Of a stretch of DNA of 50,761 bases, positions 1 to 13,181 are shown one piece after another. Each line of letters starts with the position of its first letter. Positions within the stretch are counted from its first letter, which is position 1. Source of the stretch: Phoronis australis (lineage: Eukaryota > Animalia > Phoronida). The stretch spans positions 1 through 50,761 of the forward strand of contig NMRA01001135.1 in the NCBI GenBank assembly GCA_002633005.1, given 5' to 3'. The position numbers were made by a program, and so were the translations under genes. Under the pieces are notes generated by a model. It worked only from the letters and a program-made list of their open reading frames with translations. It searched no databases and was not told where the DNA came from.

Positions 1-602
1 GCAACTCAAGCTGAATAGTGTGCTCACATTTAATTTACACACGCGATCAAATGCATGCTTGCGACGATTTAGAACAAAGTAGTATAAAACATTAGTCTAG
101 CGTCAATCCTTGTCTGGGAAAGTTTGCGTTACATGTGTTCAAAGATACATGACTGTTGACCACGTTCTGACTCCATCTAAAGTCCAAACATGCAAAGATA
201 TACAGGACCAGTTATTGTAATGTAAATACCGCCACAGCGCAATCTCAAAAATCGACGGACACATTTTTTCAGTTGTCATTTTATGAATTGTGAATCCGAT
301 ACATGTTGAAAATGCATGACTTAAACCCATTTTTGACAACATGGTGTTTTCTGTGCGAAACAAATATCTAGAGCAATTGGTCGTCTTATCTGCGTACATG
401 AAAACTGTATTATACGAGATACTTGTTACTGATTTCTTGCAGATACATTGGCCATAAATGGCAACGTTTAACGTATGAGAAGAACTTTTAGATCTCAGGT
501 CGTCTTTCTGTTGGTGACGTTTTTTCCCGACGACAATGACTTAAGTGAGTTTTTTCAATCTTAGAAATTTTTGTGAAGAGCGCCAAGTTACAAAATACTC
601 AC

Positions 603-724
603 GCGTTGGCCAGCAGGAAATGGTATAAAAAACGGTTCTTCTTCCAGGCGACTCTTTACTTCCTTTACAAAGTCCGAATAACTTCCTTCTTCGCGTGGTT
701 CATATAGAGTAATATCTATGGTAC
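603..724 (-). CDS. NPR/receptor guanylyl cyclase-like gene, coding exon 5 (gene continues beyond the window start)
   Basis: Polypyrimidine acceptor TTCTTCTTTTTGAG|. GTIDITLYEPREEGSYSDFVKEVKSRLEEEPFFIPFPAGQR fits the family motif Y-x-x-F-x-x-EV...PF. Donor |GTGAGT, phase 0. Confidence 0.85.
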
Positions 725-858
725 CTCAAAAAGAAGAAAAGTCCAAAATATCCTAATATTCGTGTGTAAGTGGAGAACTTGGTAGAGGACTTAACGCGAG
801 TGGTCAGTTTGCGAGAAAGGTCTTGTGACTATGTTCGAAAGTTTACCTTAAATAGAAA

Positions 859-937
859 TGTGCATCGTTTGGGGGGTAGTCGCTGTAAAGTAATTACATG
901 TGCATCATTTGGGGGGTAGTCGCTGTAAAGTAATTAC
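859..937. repeat. Two-copy 40-bp tandem duplication in an intron
   Basis: TGTGCATC(G/A)TTTGGGGGGTAGTCGCTGTAAAGTAATTAC occurs twice in tandem. Confidence 0.9.
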
Positions 938-1008
938 GACGTTTTCCATTTCTTTTGTCACTTCCCTAGCTCAGAAAATTTCTGTATAGAATTTATCGGA
1001 TTACCTAC

Positions 1009-1191
1009 CCTCTAGAGCTTTTTTCGCGCGCTCGTCATTTCCATCATCTCCTTGCCACGTCGATGCACCCTTAAGTGTTGACACCGTCATCTCCGTTGTA
1101 AAAAACGCAAATTCCCCATTCATCATACCTAGTTCATCGGCGTGTAGCAGGAAATCTCTGACGTCACCAGAATAGCACAACAAGAAGAAGA
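1009..1191 (-). CDS. NPR/receptor guanylyl cyclase-like gene, coding exon 4
   Basis: Acceptor GTTTCAG|. VFFLLCYSGDVRDFLLHADELGMMNGEFAFF...GDDGNDERAKKALEG matches the family pattern R-x-ML-x-A-x-x-LGM-x-x-GEY-x-F and A-x-x-A-(F/L)E. Donor G|GTAGGT. Confidence 0.9.
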
Positions 1192-2368
1192 CTGAAACAC
1201 GCAGCAACAGAAATGACGTCAACAGAATAACACAGCACGTAAACTGAAATACACGGTAACTTTAAATGATCCCAGCGCTTGGAATCTAACTTTGTACCCG
1301 AACTCGAATTTTCCAGTTTTAATCGAAATCTCGAGTTTTCACTTGAGTTTATTGTTCGAATCTAAATGTCGTCTATTGCAAATTTGAACTCATCTGTGTA
1401 AACCGAAACAAACTCCAAGCATGCAAAAATAGTCACTGTAATGGACGATTTCGAGTTCGATTCCAAGTACACAGAAGCAACACTATGACGCCTCGGAATA
1501 CACAGCCAAACGAAGACTGAAATACACGGCAGCAACAACATCAGTATAAAACATGAAAATTCTTTAAGAAATCACCGAAATCCTCGGCGATTCATTGTGA
1601 AAAAGGCGAAACTGGATATCGAGACTTGAAATCTGACTTTTTAAAGAAAAATGTGCTGGAACACATATTTTTCATACAACAAATAGCTGCCGATTAATGG
1701 CAAAATTTGCTCTCCATCTTTATGTAACTTTCAATCTTATATTCGGCTTAGAATTTTTAATGAAAATTTTCGGATTTCTGGACCCCAGTGATCATTAAAT
1801 TCTTATGAAGTGACTTGACTCTAAAATTGGCCAATCATACTGCATGGAATTCGAAAGTTAATCGAAATTTGGACCGCAGTTTGTGAGTAGAGCCTTGAGC
1901 CAAAGTTGCTGGTCATGGGTAAGTCAACAAAATGACCGCCGTAACTAGATGGTGATGAACTGATCATGACATTTAAACTGGTGCAAAGCTCATTAACATA
2001 AAAGACTGTATTTAATATGACACCTTTCGACCCAAGAATCTCATTTATTGTCTTATCTTGTCATTCCGTTCAATTTCTGAAACAAGCTCGGCTCACCGCG
2101 GTAGGCAAATATTGAATGACCTTCGTGCAGTTTGTTTATGTAACTGAAAAAACGCACGTTTAATAAGAATTATATGATTAGCTTAATCAATTCTTGAAAT
2201 TAATAACTGTTATACAAGCAGAGTTGTCCATCGGGTTCTATTGGCCAATCGAGATTACCCCTCCCCATTTGAAGGATTGTCGAGTTCAGAGCATGTACAA
2301 AATGTCAAAAGGTTACATAAAAGCAAAATCTAAATCTTCCAAACAAAAATGTACCAGTATAAGAATAC

Positions 2369-2498
2369 CTCTCACTCCTTGTCTTGTTTCGTTCAAAACT
2401 TCTAAATGAGTCTTTTTGAATGATGTAGAATGTTCTTCTTTTCTGGAGTCAAACATATTTACGTAAATTACCTCAATACCACGCTCCTCTAGGGCAAC
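2369..2498 (-). CDS. NPR/receptor guanylyl cyclase-like gene, coding exon 3
   Basis: Acceptor TTCATTTCCAG|. Open frame VALEERGIEVIYVNMFDSRKEEHSTSFKKTHLEVLNETRQGVR. Donor G|GTATT, phase 1. Phases match both neighbours. Not in the ORF track. Confidence 0.82.
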
Positions 2499-3463
2499 CT
2501 GGAAATGAACGCTTAAATATTAAAATTAAATTAACAATAAGAATGAATTATCAGCGTGTCATACGTGATGTTGGCTAAATTAATCACGTGATCTACATGT
2601 ATGGTCAAGTACGAAATGACTTCTATCCCTGCCGGAGCGCAAACTCGGAGACTTAGAGGCAACTTGCACCAATGTGAGAGTGTGTAATATGAATGTGTTC
2701 TTATATGTCAGCGCTATGATATGGCATCAGCAAGAACTAGTAATCTCTTACAAGCGCACATACTACAAACATTAAATATAGTTTCCTTCCCTCTCGTCAG
2801 GTTCGCCCAATGTAGGCCCAATGTAGGTCCGTGCAAATTAATCTCCACCGTACTGTCAGCTTCCAAGCAATTTACCGAGTTTTCCTATCGAATTCTGTCG
2901 TTTTCATAGTTGAAGAGATTGGGTATACTATGAAGTAAATACACCTAGTTCCATTTATTTCTAGGTCTAGTAACTTTTCAACTGTCTACCATTTTAATCT
3001 CGCGCAAAAACTTTTTCAGTATGTCTTATTCGACGTCTTGACCAAACTACAGCCCCTACCATAACTGCGATGTGCAACCGCAATATGAAAACGTCAGTCT
3101 CCACTTAGTGCACAAAAACAGACAACACCAACACCAGGCATAACCAACAAATTAGTGGTACTTCTATGCTCATTTTAACGGACAGTGCGCAAATGTTCAC
3201 ATATTTACGCATGTTTAGTTCGCATAATGTTGCAATTGGCGCACATTAGCAGCCGTGCGTATTGATAATTCATGTGATTGTTTGATGCTCACTAATTAAC
3301 TTCTAATAATGCGCGCCACGATTTCTTAATAAACAGTGCGATATCTAAAAGTGTAAAGATGTTGAACTCAACTAAAGAACTCCTAATGCTCAATTCCAAT
3401 GCAAAACGACTTTTTCTTCCAATCAGCACTGAAGCAACCACGATAACAACTATGAGTTATTAC

Positions 3464-3717
3464 CTGCAAATATACAGCAGTGCGAGTCCACAAGGCTTCA
3501 ATTGAAGGCACGACAGCTACCCTCGTCCAGTTAAAGCGCTGAGTTAGAGCGTAGATGACATTCCTTAAGCCATAACTAGGAGGAAGTGTACGTGCAAAGG
3601 TGGGGAAAATCGACTTGTCGCTGAGACTCGGCGAAATACAGCCGAAGCTTATCATCGGTATCTTCCAGGCGCCCGCCAGGTGAGCCCCCGGCTCGCAAAT
3701 ACTGTCGCAAGCAGGCC
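3464..3717 (-). CDS. NPR/receptor guanylyl cyclase-like gene, coding exon 2
   Basis: Acceptor TTTCAACAG|. Splices in frame with exon 1 to give FIGPACDSICEPGAHLAGAWKIPMISFGCISPSLSDKSIFPTFARTLP...FNWTRVAVV, hallmark motifs of the family. Donor CAG|GTAAT, phase 0. Confidence 0.92.
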
Positions 3718-6700
3718 CTGTTGAAAGTCACCAACTTTTTACATAGCTACATAACGCAGTAAGAAGTTGACTGATGTGTTTTAACGTGTATTGTCACACT
3801 CGACATATTTGCTGAGCTCCGGGAACAGCATGTGCCGCCGGGATGCGGTGACAAACTGTGCTGTGAACACCGGCAAAATGTTTTTATCTCCAAAGGAGTT
3901 TACCAGGATGTTTTAACACAGGGCCGATCCAGCGTCAGAAGGAAGCCCAAAATATTGTAAGAAAATCCAAAACGAGATTGGTGCAAGTTAAACGCCGGGG
4001 CAAAATTTTAGGACTGAGATGACTGGTGACGATTATAGTTACGCGTTTTGTTGATTTTACAAACTTGAAAACTGAAGACGTGTTTTACTCCCTCCATCCA
4101 ACTTTCGGTAAACCCCCTACTCGAAGTCTGGGCCCTCATTCCGACCCTCTGAATTATCAACTTCATCTACCGGCCGATTCCTTCGTCGAAGTTTGGTTTG
4201 CCACATGCCTTCACTGACTTCAGGCCTACCCGTATTATAGCGAGGGTTTCAATGCGACAACGTACATGTACAACTGTATACAAGTATTGCGCATCGGTCG
4301 ACCTATGTGTCGAGTATACATGTATTACGCAACATGGTACGCTGTTGAGAAAATTTGAGAATATCGATCTCTGAGGTGTTGCTAGACCTTTACGCAGATA
4401 TTTTCTGTCATTAAGTTAGAAAGGATGCCAAACACAGACCGATCATACTCTTCTGTTCAGCAATTTAAATTAATCAGTTGTATGTGGTGCACTGTATGTC
4501 TATCATGCAACTACGTAATTTGGGCATTTATCGTCTGAAGTCACCTCGAGGCGATTTTACTCGCCAGTAGTTGTAGCAGCTAGTATTCACTACATTATAG
4601 TCGCTGAAACTTCGTCAATCCCATGAGGCGATTGCAGACGCTGCAAGAAATAGTAGCGTTTTAGCAAATGAGGCTGTGCCTATTGTGTCGATCGTAGACA
4701 GGGTTCGGTTCCAGCTGAAAAAAAATTGACGACTAGTAGGCATAAGTCGCACATATAAACATCTTTCAATTTTTTTAATTTTATTTCTTGTCAAATTCAC
4801 CATGTCGTCCACCATTTCGAGCATTAACCGTTTAAACATGTGATTTCTTGTATTTGTTTTCATAGAAAGTCCAATTGTAACACACACACTTTAATAATTT
4901 CTGTAAATATCCAATAACCTGATGTTTCCACATCCCTGCCACATAAGACCTTGCAGTTGGTCAGTCATATTTTCGTTCGAGGAAGTACATAAACAATCTG
5001 AGTTGCGATAGCTCGTGTCCGTGATCACACGTAGCTTAGCGACGTTTGATAGCTACGCAATTACACGTCGTGAGTTCGGTCATTATTACTTTTTGGTGCC
5101 CATAAATCAATATACTGGCAGAATGTGAAAATTTAGTTTTTTGTTATATGACTACATCTACAATGCATAGAAAGAGACAGAGTATATTTTGGATTTCGAT
5201 CGCATGACTATCATTCATTCGGTAAAGCCAGCAAACATTTTTTACTCAAAACGTTGCGGAGAGATTTTAAGGAACCAGGTTCCAGGATATTCTTGGAATG
5301 GACATTGTATTTGAGATATATGTCCGTTTTGTAGTTAAGCAATCGCTTTTTTTAAGGCAAAACAATCGACAACCGTCATTTGGTTTTATCAATGCCATTA
5401 TTGAATTTGCCGTTTTGCTCGACCCACTTGGTAATCGGCCGATACCCATTTGATATTATGTACCCATTTGGTACTATGCTAACCTGTGCCACTTAGTATC
5501 CGATACTCAATTACACATTGGGTGTCATAAATGTGCGTGTTATCTCTTGTAATTAAGGAACCCATCTGGTTTGTGAAATATTCATTTGTAGAGATGTGAC
5601 CCTGAAATTGCCAATACAACCTAAAATACAAATTATTCTTGTTGTTTTATTTGTCCTCAATAATGGTCTTCTGATACTTACAGTGTATTAATGCCTGTGT
5701 ATGTAGGACAGGGCAGATAGAGTTCACGACCATTGAGTTTTGTCATATTTATGTTGTGGCGGGAGGGGGGATGTNATGTACAAGTAACAGTTCCGTGCTC
5801 GTAAAGGTCCGATCCAACTGAATTGAAGGATTAAATTAGAGTTGGTTGAAATCTGACTTTTGCTGAATTGGAGTGCACGTACCAATAGGGTACAGTAGCT
5901 TTGTACCAGCTAGACATTTCCCTTTTACTGCCACGGTGTGATTTTACTGCGTGATGGTGATATTTTGAAATAAATCAAAACTTTATCATTTGATATGGTT
6001 ACGGTATCTCAATGTTTTGTTTCTGTGTGAACATTTTTTGTTGCCCTTCTCCTTCTGGATGGCCAGTCAGATGGACTCAGTCTGCTTGTTATTGACAGAA
6101 AAAATCTGCGATTCCACACATCATGGTCGGATAACAGAGGACATTGATTGGTGTAAAAATAATATAGGTAAAAATTCATAATGCCAACGCCATTTTAAAA
6201 CTCTAGCTCTGCTTATATACATGTATTGGAGTTGTCGTGTTGTTTTACAACAGAGTCTTTGACACAACTGTTTGAAGTGTGAGACTATGTCGTTTCAAAC
6301 TGTACAAATTCCCAGTTCACCACGCCAAGATGAATTAGGTTCTAGCACAAGTAATACTTGATACTTAAAGAAAAGTTTAGTGCGTATCACTGAAGTAAAT
6401 TTCCTTAAGACTACTCGGCACACCTTCAAAGCGTTTTATTTTTTGAAAAAACATCTGCATATTGGTGTAATTATTATACCTTCGTATAACTTGAAGTGGA
6501 CAATTCTAATCACCTTTCGGGAAATTGGCTCTGTGCAAATGCATACTTCGACCTTCCGTCTTCCGCTGACTAAGCAATGGTGTTCACAGGCACACGCGGT
6601 TAGTCGACATATATGTGTGTCTTCAGTACCAACCAATACAAGGTGTTTTTGGCGTCAATAGTGCATTCTTCTTTTTTATTGAAATACTTGATATTAACAT

Positions 6701-7106
6701 ATCAGTTTCTGTAACTCTATCGTTTTGCAAAAGTTTGCTCCAAACTATTTTTCAAACTGGTCTATGCCCTCATTTCCGAATATGCAGTCATATACACAAT
6801 TGGTCAATCATTGTTGCATACAATGACACGACTTTACATGCACGCATACTGCTGTTTGTATGCTGATCAATTTCCATGGGTTTCTATCATTTTTTTCTAC
6901 TTAATTTTCAAGTGTTTCACACGAACGTTCGCATTAAATATTTTTGTTCGAATAAATCAAGTGGCGTCGGGTCAAGGAATTTTTTGGGAACGCAGTGATG
7001 CAATGGCGCGCCAGAGACCGGCCCCCTTTGACAGCTGATCGCCTTGTCGATTTATAATCAACTGAAAACAGGTGCTATACAATTATAACGACGAAAAAAG
7101 GTTCAT

Positions 7107-7516
7107 CACGTTGCTGTATAATACCATTTTGTAAACTTTATACATTTCAATCCCAGGCCCTAGCAGCACTCCGTGAGAATTTCAGCCAAAGCATTAGGAA
7201 TTTTGTCTTTGCAATGGCTTATACGACCGTTTAAGCAATGTGTGGGCTTATATTACCAATATTTTAAAACCTCGTTAGTATATAAAATTTCGAATTTTAT
7301 TCTGAAAATTCCCCGGCTTCCATAAGGCCACCGTGCTTAGTGTTTACATATCGTTCATCCTCAATATCGCGGATCACGATTCAGGCGCTGTCTGGCTTGC
7401 GAGTGTAGTCGTGTCGTCTCTATGTATACGGCTCATTGGCTGAAACCCACGCAAAAGGTATGCATTGAAAGTCAACAATTTTGCCTTTGAAAACAAGCCT
7501 TTTATACAACACCGTG
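7107..7516. mobile_element. Putative ~410-bp MITE
   Basis: Imperfect terminal inverted repeats CACGTTGCTGTATAA ... TTATACAACACCGTG around a non-coding interior. Confidence 0.4.
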
Positions 7517-8163
7517 ACACAGGTTTGTATTCGCTTTGTTTTTTATGTTTCACTGTTGTTTAAAAACTAATGTGACTACAGAATCCAAATAACGTAAAAA
7601 GGCTTAACAAACTTCTACAGGTGACGCAGTTGAGGTTAGCGAACAAGAAGGTAGAGATCGACTTACGAGGAGTTCTGCACTAATTCCCAAAAACTTTTTT
7701 AAACAGATTTCAAATCGCGATACCATAGCAGCGGTTAATATAAACGTAAGAACGGCCAATACAACATAATGGGGACCAGGAAAGCGTTCAGCAGACGAGA
7801 GACCTTAGCATGCTTTGAAAATCCGATGAATTCTTTTGTTAGCACAGTAAGGTCAGTTTAAACGCGAAGTACACTGTGAGTATGGACGAATAAAATTCTT
7901 ATTAATACAAACATTAAAAAGCACATGTTTTCTTAAAAACTTCGCAACTAAAGATTTTTTAACAAAAACTGCATCAGAAAATATTGAATGCAATTGCCGA
8001 AATGATAGCAACCTTTCTTAAAATATGTCCGGGCGTATATTTGGCTTCAATTGACGCTTTGGAAAGGTTGTTTTCCAAACATCCGCCAATGTGCCTATGT
8101 AGGGTTACTCATAACTATCAATTTAGAAATACAAAAGTTCGAATTCAATATCGCAATTCTCAC

Positions 8164-8482
8164 CAATAAAAGCATGCGTGATGTTTCTTTTCCATAAATC
8201 GACAATTTGGCGTAGTCCCACTCCTGGGTCACATTCGCTATCTCGCCAAGAGAACTTCACCGTGTGGTTATATTTTCTTAGCATAGTGAAGGATGGGTCG
8301 GTGTTAAGTCGGTCTACGGCAATGGAGGCTGCACTAGCCGACTTTTTACCAATTGGCCATCTTCCCGTGACGGGTATCAAGACTCCAACGTGAAAAGTTT
8401 CGCACTTGATGTGACAGCTTTGATCAGCGAGGATAACAAGAAGTATAGCAAGAAGACGGTGCCTAGCCATGAGCAGATCCAT
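8164..8482 (-). CDS. Natriuretic peptide receptor / receptor guanylyl cyclase-like gene, coding exon 1 (signal peptide and start of ANF-receptor ligand-binding domain)
   Basis: MDLLMARHRLLAILLVILADQ (signal peptide-like), then FHVGVLIP...ASIAVDRLN...WRDSECDPGVGL...HAFIG, typical of the ANF-receptor ectodomain. Donor G|GTGAG at 8163, phase 1. Confidence 0.9.
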
Positions 8483-9589
8483 ACACTCTCACGTCACTGA
8501 AATGCGACTGGTCAGTGTTGAGAACAAGGTACCTTCCTGAAATTTAAACACGTTTCCTGATTCAAAGAAGGCGATAATTATATCCTGTAGTTACACTGTA
8601 TGCGTAGGAAATCATTGGGTGGCGTCATGGAATCTTGGAAATACTCCCAAACGGAATGTCATGTTTCAGTGTGTAATGCGAGTAGGACCCAGAGGAGGTC
8701 AATTAAAACAAAATACTAATCCACCAAGCTTTACTTGTAGATTTCCAGAAAAGATCTAATCCTTACTGCCGCCAGAGCATAAATTTACAATAAAATGCTA
8801 CAAACTTACGTTATATGTAAAAGACTTCGGAAAATCACTAAAATGTACTACTAATATCCTAATATTCAGGCACGTAGGAAGCGGGGGTGGGGCGGGGGGC
8901 ACATTCCCCCCAAAAATTTGCAGGCATCAGGGTTAAATCGACATACACTGTATGCGTCGGGCAGGGGAAAGTCGAGAAAAGAAAGATTGCGAATACGAAT
9001 AAGAAATGAAATTCAAGAGAACATTCGACAACAATCGGTATCAGTCCATAGTTTATACTTTAAAGGCCCTGGCCAAGGTATTGCTGTTAGGCCAAGTCTC
9101 CGTTTTTGCAGCATAGTTCCTCTAAACGCTCTTGAAAACGTACACTTTTAAGTGATGATTAAAATCATTCATACATGTATTTCGAAAAATTGAGAAAATC
9201 GTAAATTCCACAGGGCAGTTTTGCAAAGCTATATTTTTCCAGAGGCCCCTCTGTGGCAAAACATAACGGAGGCAGCTGTCGCTCTATTTTTTCGTTTTTT
9301 GTAGGAATTTTTTGTAAGAAATTCGACTGTCGAATGGGGATACTCAAATTACATGTACTTGCAATCATATACAGAGATTTCAGTGTTTATTTGGAATTCA
9401 ACTTTAACTCGTGAACCGTTTTACTGCAGGTACTTCTGAAATTAGCAACAATACACCAAAATACGAATGTTCCGTCTCCTATAATAACCCGGTTATCCGT
9501 CAAAATTCTGCGAGCGTGCCTTCGGAAATTGCTTATAACATTTCGTTTTCACAAAAAATTCGTTGGCTTCTGATCTAGATGTTTTTGTA

Positions 9590-10330
9590 TCCTACGAAAA
9601 TCAACAGATTCATAGATTAGTTTTGACAAGCTAATTTTGTAAGAATTGATGATGTTTCAGTGAACTTAGTTGCAAGTTGAAGTTGGAAAATTTTATAATC
9701 CAAACTCCAAATAGTAAAGTAACTTACTTTAGACGATTTTTGCCTGAAATAACTCTCAAAGACATTGATAAAATTGGGACGGTTCCCAAAATATACTCAC
9801 AATTCAAATGACAGTAAATTCATTGCTTTTTGACTTAGTTACGAGATTTGTCGTTTAAACTCACAAACAGGAGATCAAAGAGGAATCAAGTCTGTAAATT
9901 TAAGTAAACGTATTGCTCATGGGATCAATTGTTGGTTTCTAATTTACTCATGTTCACGTATTTACGAAAATCAAATGATTGATTGATGATTTTTTACAAT
10001 TAGAAGAGATTTTGTAAGAAATGACAATGCTTCACAGAATTTAGTTGCAGGCTGACATTGGGAAAAGTCAATCTATCATCAGATCCTCAAATAGCAAAGT
10101 ATAAGAAACGATTTTTGTCTATCTGAAATAAGTCTGAAATAAGTCTGAAATAAGTCTGAAATAAGTCTGAAATAAGTCTATACGATATTGATGAATGTCG
10201 GAAAGCTCTACAAAGTGCCCCCAAATATTCTCACAATTCCAAAGGACAATACATTGTTTATTGACTTTGGAACTAGAATGGTGGTTTAAATTCACAAACC
10301 GTAGACCGAAAATAACTCATTCCTCATTAA
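9590..10330. repeat. Degenerate ~370-bp tandem duplication
   Basis: Collinear blocks occur twice, starting near 9594 and 9963: TACGAAAATCAA...TTTTGTAAGAA...TTAGTTGCA...CAAATAG(T/C)AAAGTA...CTCACAATTC...CACAAAC. Confidence 0.7.
10122..10179. repeat. 11-bp minisatellite (TCTGAAATAAG) x5
   Basis: Perfect tandem array read directly from the sequence. Confidence 0.95.
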
Positions 10331-10861
10331 CTTGGAATGGCTGTCTTTGCACTTCCTTGGTGTTTTTAGTTTCCAGTAGTATTGTGCAATGAATTTTTGT
10401 TTTTTAAAACTGAATCGTTTCCTTGCATTTCCCGTGCATACTACATAGACGGAGCACGTCATGACTGACGCATCCACGTTTAAAATAAGGTGCAACCATG
10501 CAATACGCAAGTGCAGAATCTTTAGTAATCCCGGGAACTGCATTTGATCTACATGTGTTGAAGTGTGTATATTTTGGGGCCCGCTTAATCATTTTTTCAG
10601 CGACCAAAAACTGCACTACCGGCCGTGACTTTGTTTCAGCAACGTGAATGACATCCGGGGTAAAGATTCTTGGTGTCACCCCTCATCCACTCAGCCCCGC
10701 CTTGGTTTAAGAATTCGGAAAGTCATATAGCGTGAAACACAAAACACAGAATTTATTTTGGTTTATACTGCAAATACTTCATGTACGTGTACAAGGCTCT
10801 AAATGCCCTGTAGCATTGTACCAATTAAATTGTGCACACAAGCAAACCTGTGGGCCTACAG

Positions 10862-11285
10862 ACACACTGCCAGGTTGCATGAAAATGTACGGTCCCAAAT
10901 AAGGAATCCACCAACAAGTTCCTTTTGCTAATTTGTTTCGTTCTTTCCTGAAAGATGTAATACTGTTTCTATCATTTATTATTATCTCCACTTTGTCTAA
11001 TAGTATAACTAAAAACTGAGACCTTATTCTATAAAATAATTAGGGACTTGGTCCTTAAATTAGGGGCGTTGAACAGATCCCTACCTATTTTCAATAATAT
11101 AGAGAATTCAACGTAGAGTTCACTCTCGATTTATATGACTAAACCAAACGTTCGTTGACTTAGCAACGAAGCTCAAACTTCAGAAAGGACAACCAGTGTT
11201 TCCAAAATTCCACCAATACGCAGTAGAGGGAACTTAGCTGAGCCTCTCTTTGGGGCGTCTTTCATGCAATCGAGCACAGAGACTT
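10862..11285 (+). mobile_element. MITE-like repeat, copy A (inverted relative to copy B)
   Basis: Aligns over ~430 bp to the reverse complement of 14521-14970, e.g. AAATAATTAGGGACTTGGTCCTTAAA vs TTTAAGGACTAAGTCCCTAATTATTT. Has its own inverted ends TTGCATGAAA..GTCCCAAA / TTTGGGGCGTCTTTCATGCAA. Confidence 0.75.
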
Positions 11286-11789
11286 TCAAACATGAGTATG
11301 AACACAAATAAATTCAAAGTCCTATTCCAGAGTTTTATGCATAAAGGTCCAGGGAGCCTATTCGGAAAATCGGTTTAGGGACCCAAAGTCAAAATCTAAA
11401 TAAACGTTTGGGCGTATCTTCGGAAGTGGCTTATACATGTATACGCTCGGGTGTACCAATAATGTAGCAGGCGAGAAATTGGAAAGTTCCCGGAATATTT
11501 TGCTCACTACGAATCAGAGCGAATACACATAATTGTCGACGTATAATTGTCCCCACAGGTAGGATTTTATTGCTGAAATTTACTTCAGTTACGGTTTTGG
11601 TGTCCATTGTTTCAGGATTCAGCCATGCATTTTCCCAAATAAACGAACTGACCGTATCTGCGGAAAAATTTTCTTATGCAAGTGCACTAGACTTATCTAA
11701 AGATAGGACTTTATGCAGAAAACGTCGGTATCCAACTCCCCCAGGTTCACGATAACAGGTCAGACGTGCTATTCACACAAATTCCTAAC

Positions 11790-12560
11790 TTTCTCTAATG
11801 CGAATTTTGCCAAATCTATGTCTCAGGCCAGCTCGCTTTCAACTGAAGGTATTGGCATATCTTATAAACGTGTTTGGGCCATTGAATTTCTCAAATACGT
11901 TTTTATGAGCTTGAGCTTAAAAGATTCTTTCACAAGAGGCCACAGGTACACAGATTATCAGAAACAACTTTAAGGCTATGACTAAGTTTGAGAGTGACTT
12001 CTGAAACTCCCATTCGCAAATGAACTTAAGAACGTCTTGTGAAGTTGAATTCTTGACGCTCACCGCTTGAATTCCAGCGGCTTCCAAGTTCCAAGTGCCT
12101 TCGAAATCTTGTTATTTCAATTGCCAGTTCGGATACACAAATTAATTTTGTCACAGAAAAAGCAAGTTTCATCACAGATGCCTTGAAGCAACCTTCGGTG
12201 GAGTGAACCAAGTTAATGGTTTTGAAAGATAGCTTCGAACAAATCAACGATTTGAACCAATGCTTGCGATCTGGAATTCAACTCAATTGCGAATCATTCC
12301 AAGCATTCGAAAATTCCCCGTTTGTTTTGGTCCGTCAACGATATGCTCTCTTGCCGTTTTCCTTTTCAGAGAACCGAGCATGCTTCTCCACTGCAATGTC
12401 ATGCACTTGAGCTTTCGTGGCATTTTGAACAATATTGTCACTTTCAGAATAAATGTTGATTAAGCAATTGGTATACATAGTTCCATTGAAATTGCCCAAA
12501 ATTTGTGCATATGCACTTTTAAACCATGGGGTCAAACTTGTTTTTAAGTATTTTGACGTT
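11790..12560 (-). pseudogene. Decayed hAT-superfamily transposase, C-terminal part including the dimerisation domain
   Basis: Manual minus-strand translation: QDVLKFICEWEFQKSLSNLVIALKLFLIICVPVASCERIF [frameshift] KLKLIKTYLRNSMAQTRL*DMPIPSVESELA*DID. This matches the hAT motif SVASCERSFSKLKLIKxYLRSTMxQxRL. The upstream boundary is approximate. Confidence 0.88.
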
Positions 12561-12899
12561 AACATCTAGTTTTAGATGATGTTCACTACTTTGGTTCTGG
12601 GGTCAAAGCACTCTAAAGATTGTAGAAATTTCTGAGATCAAATAGTAACAGCCAGTGATATGATTGGATATGATCATGCGGTTTTTATTAGCCAATAGCT
12701 ACATGTAAGCGAGAACATTATAGAATTTGGGCAGACGTTTGGAAAATGCTCAGATGAGATTTAGTAGTTGAAGCTAGAACACTTGCTACAGTGGACACAA
12801 CAAATTGTACTACGGAGACTTCCCATGGGCAAGGAAGCGTTAACGAACAGGAAGTTAACTAACTGTAATATAATTTACTTGACCTTTTATACCCTGCCT

Positions 12900-13181
12900 G
12901 TCTTAATCATGTCATTTTTTCATTGTCGTAAATACTCTCACTGTCTAGAATCATCTCTTAATTTATTTCATCTGCCTTAGTTAAATTTTTACCATTATTT
13001 GTCATTTAGTTATTGTCTTAATTCTCAACCTGTTTTAATTGTATCTTACGTATATTTCATTGTTGTTTTATTACTTCATTGTATTATATTACTGTTTTTC
13101 TTGTTGAGGGCCCTCTTGGAAAGCAGTGCTATAACTGAAGAGGCCACCCTCATTTTAAATATCACAATAATAAATAAATAA
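12900..13181 (+). mobile_element. Possible LINE 3' end remnant
   Basis: T-rich tract, then GAGGGCCCTCTTGGAAAGCAG...GAGGCCACCCTC (stem-loop potential) and an (AATA)n tail. This resembles CR1/L2-type 3' ends. Confidence 0.4.

Noticed and set aside
5420-5570. Repeated ACCCA(T/C)TTGGTA motifs as a regulatory array
   Set aside because: Too degenerate, with no boundaries I can define. Probably an old repeat fragment.
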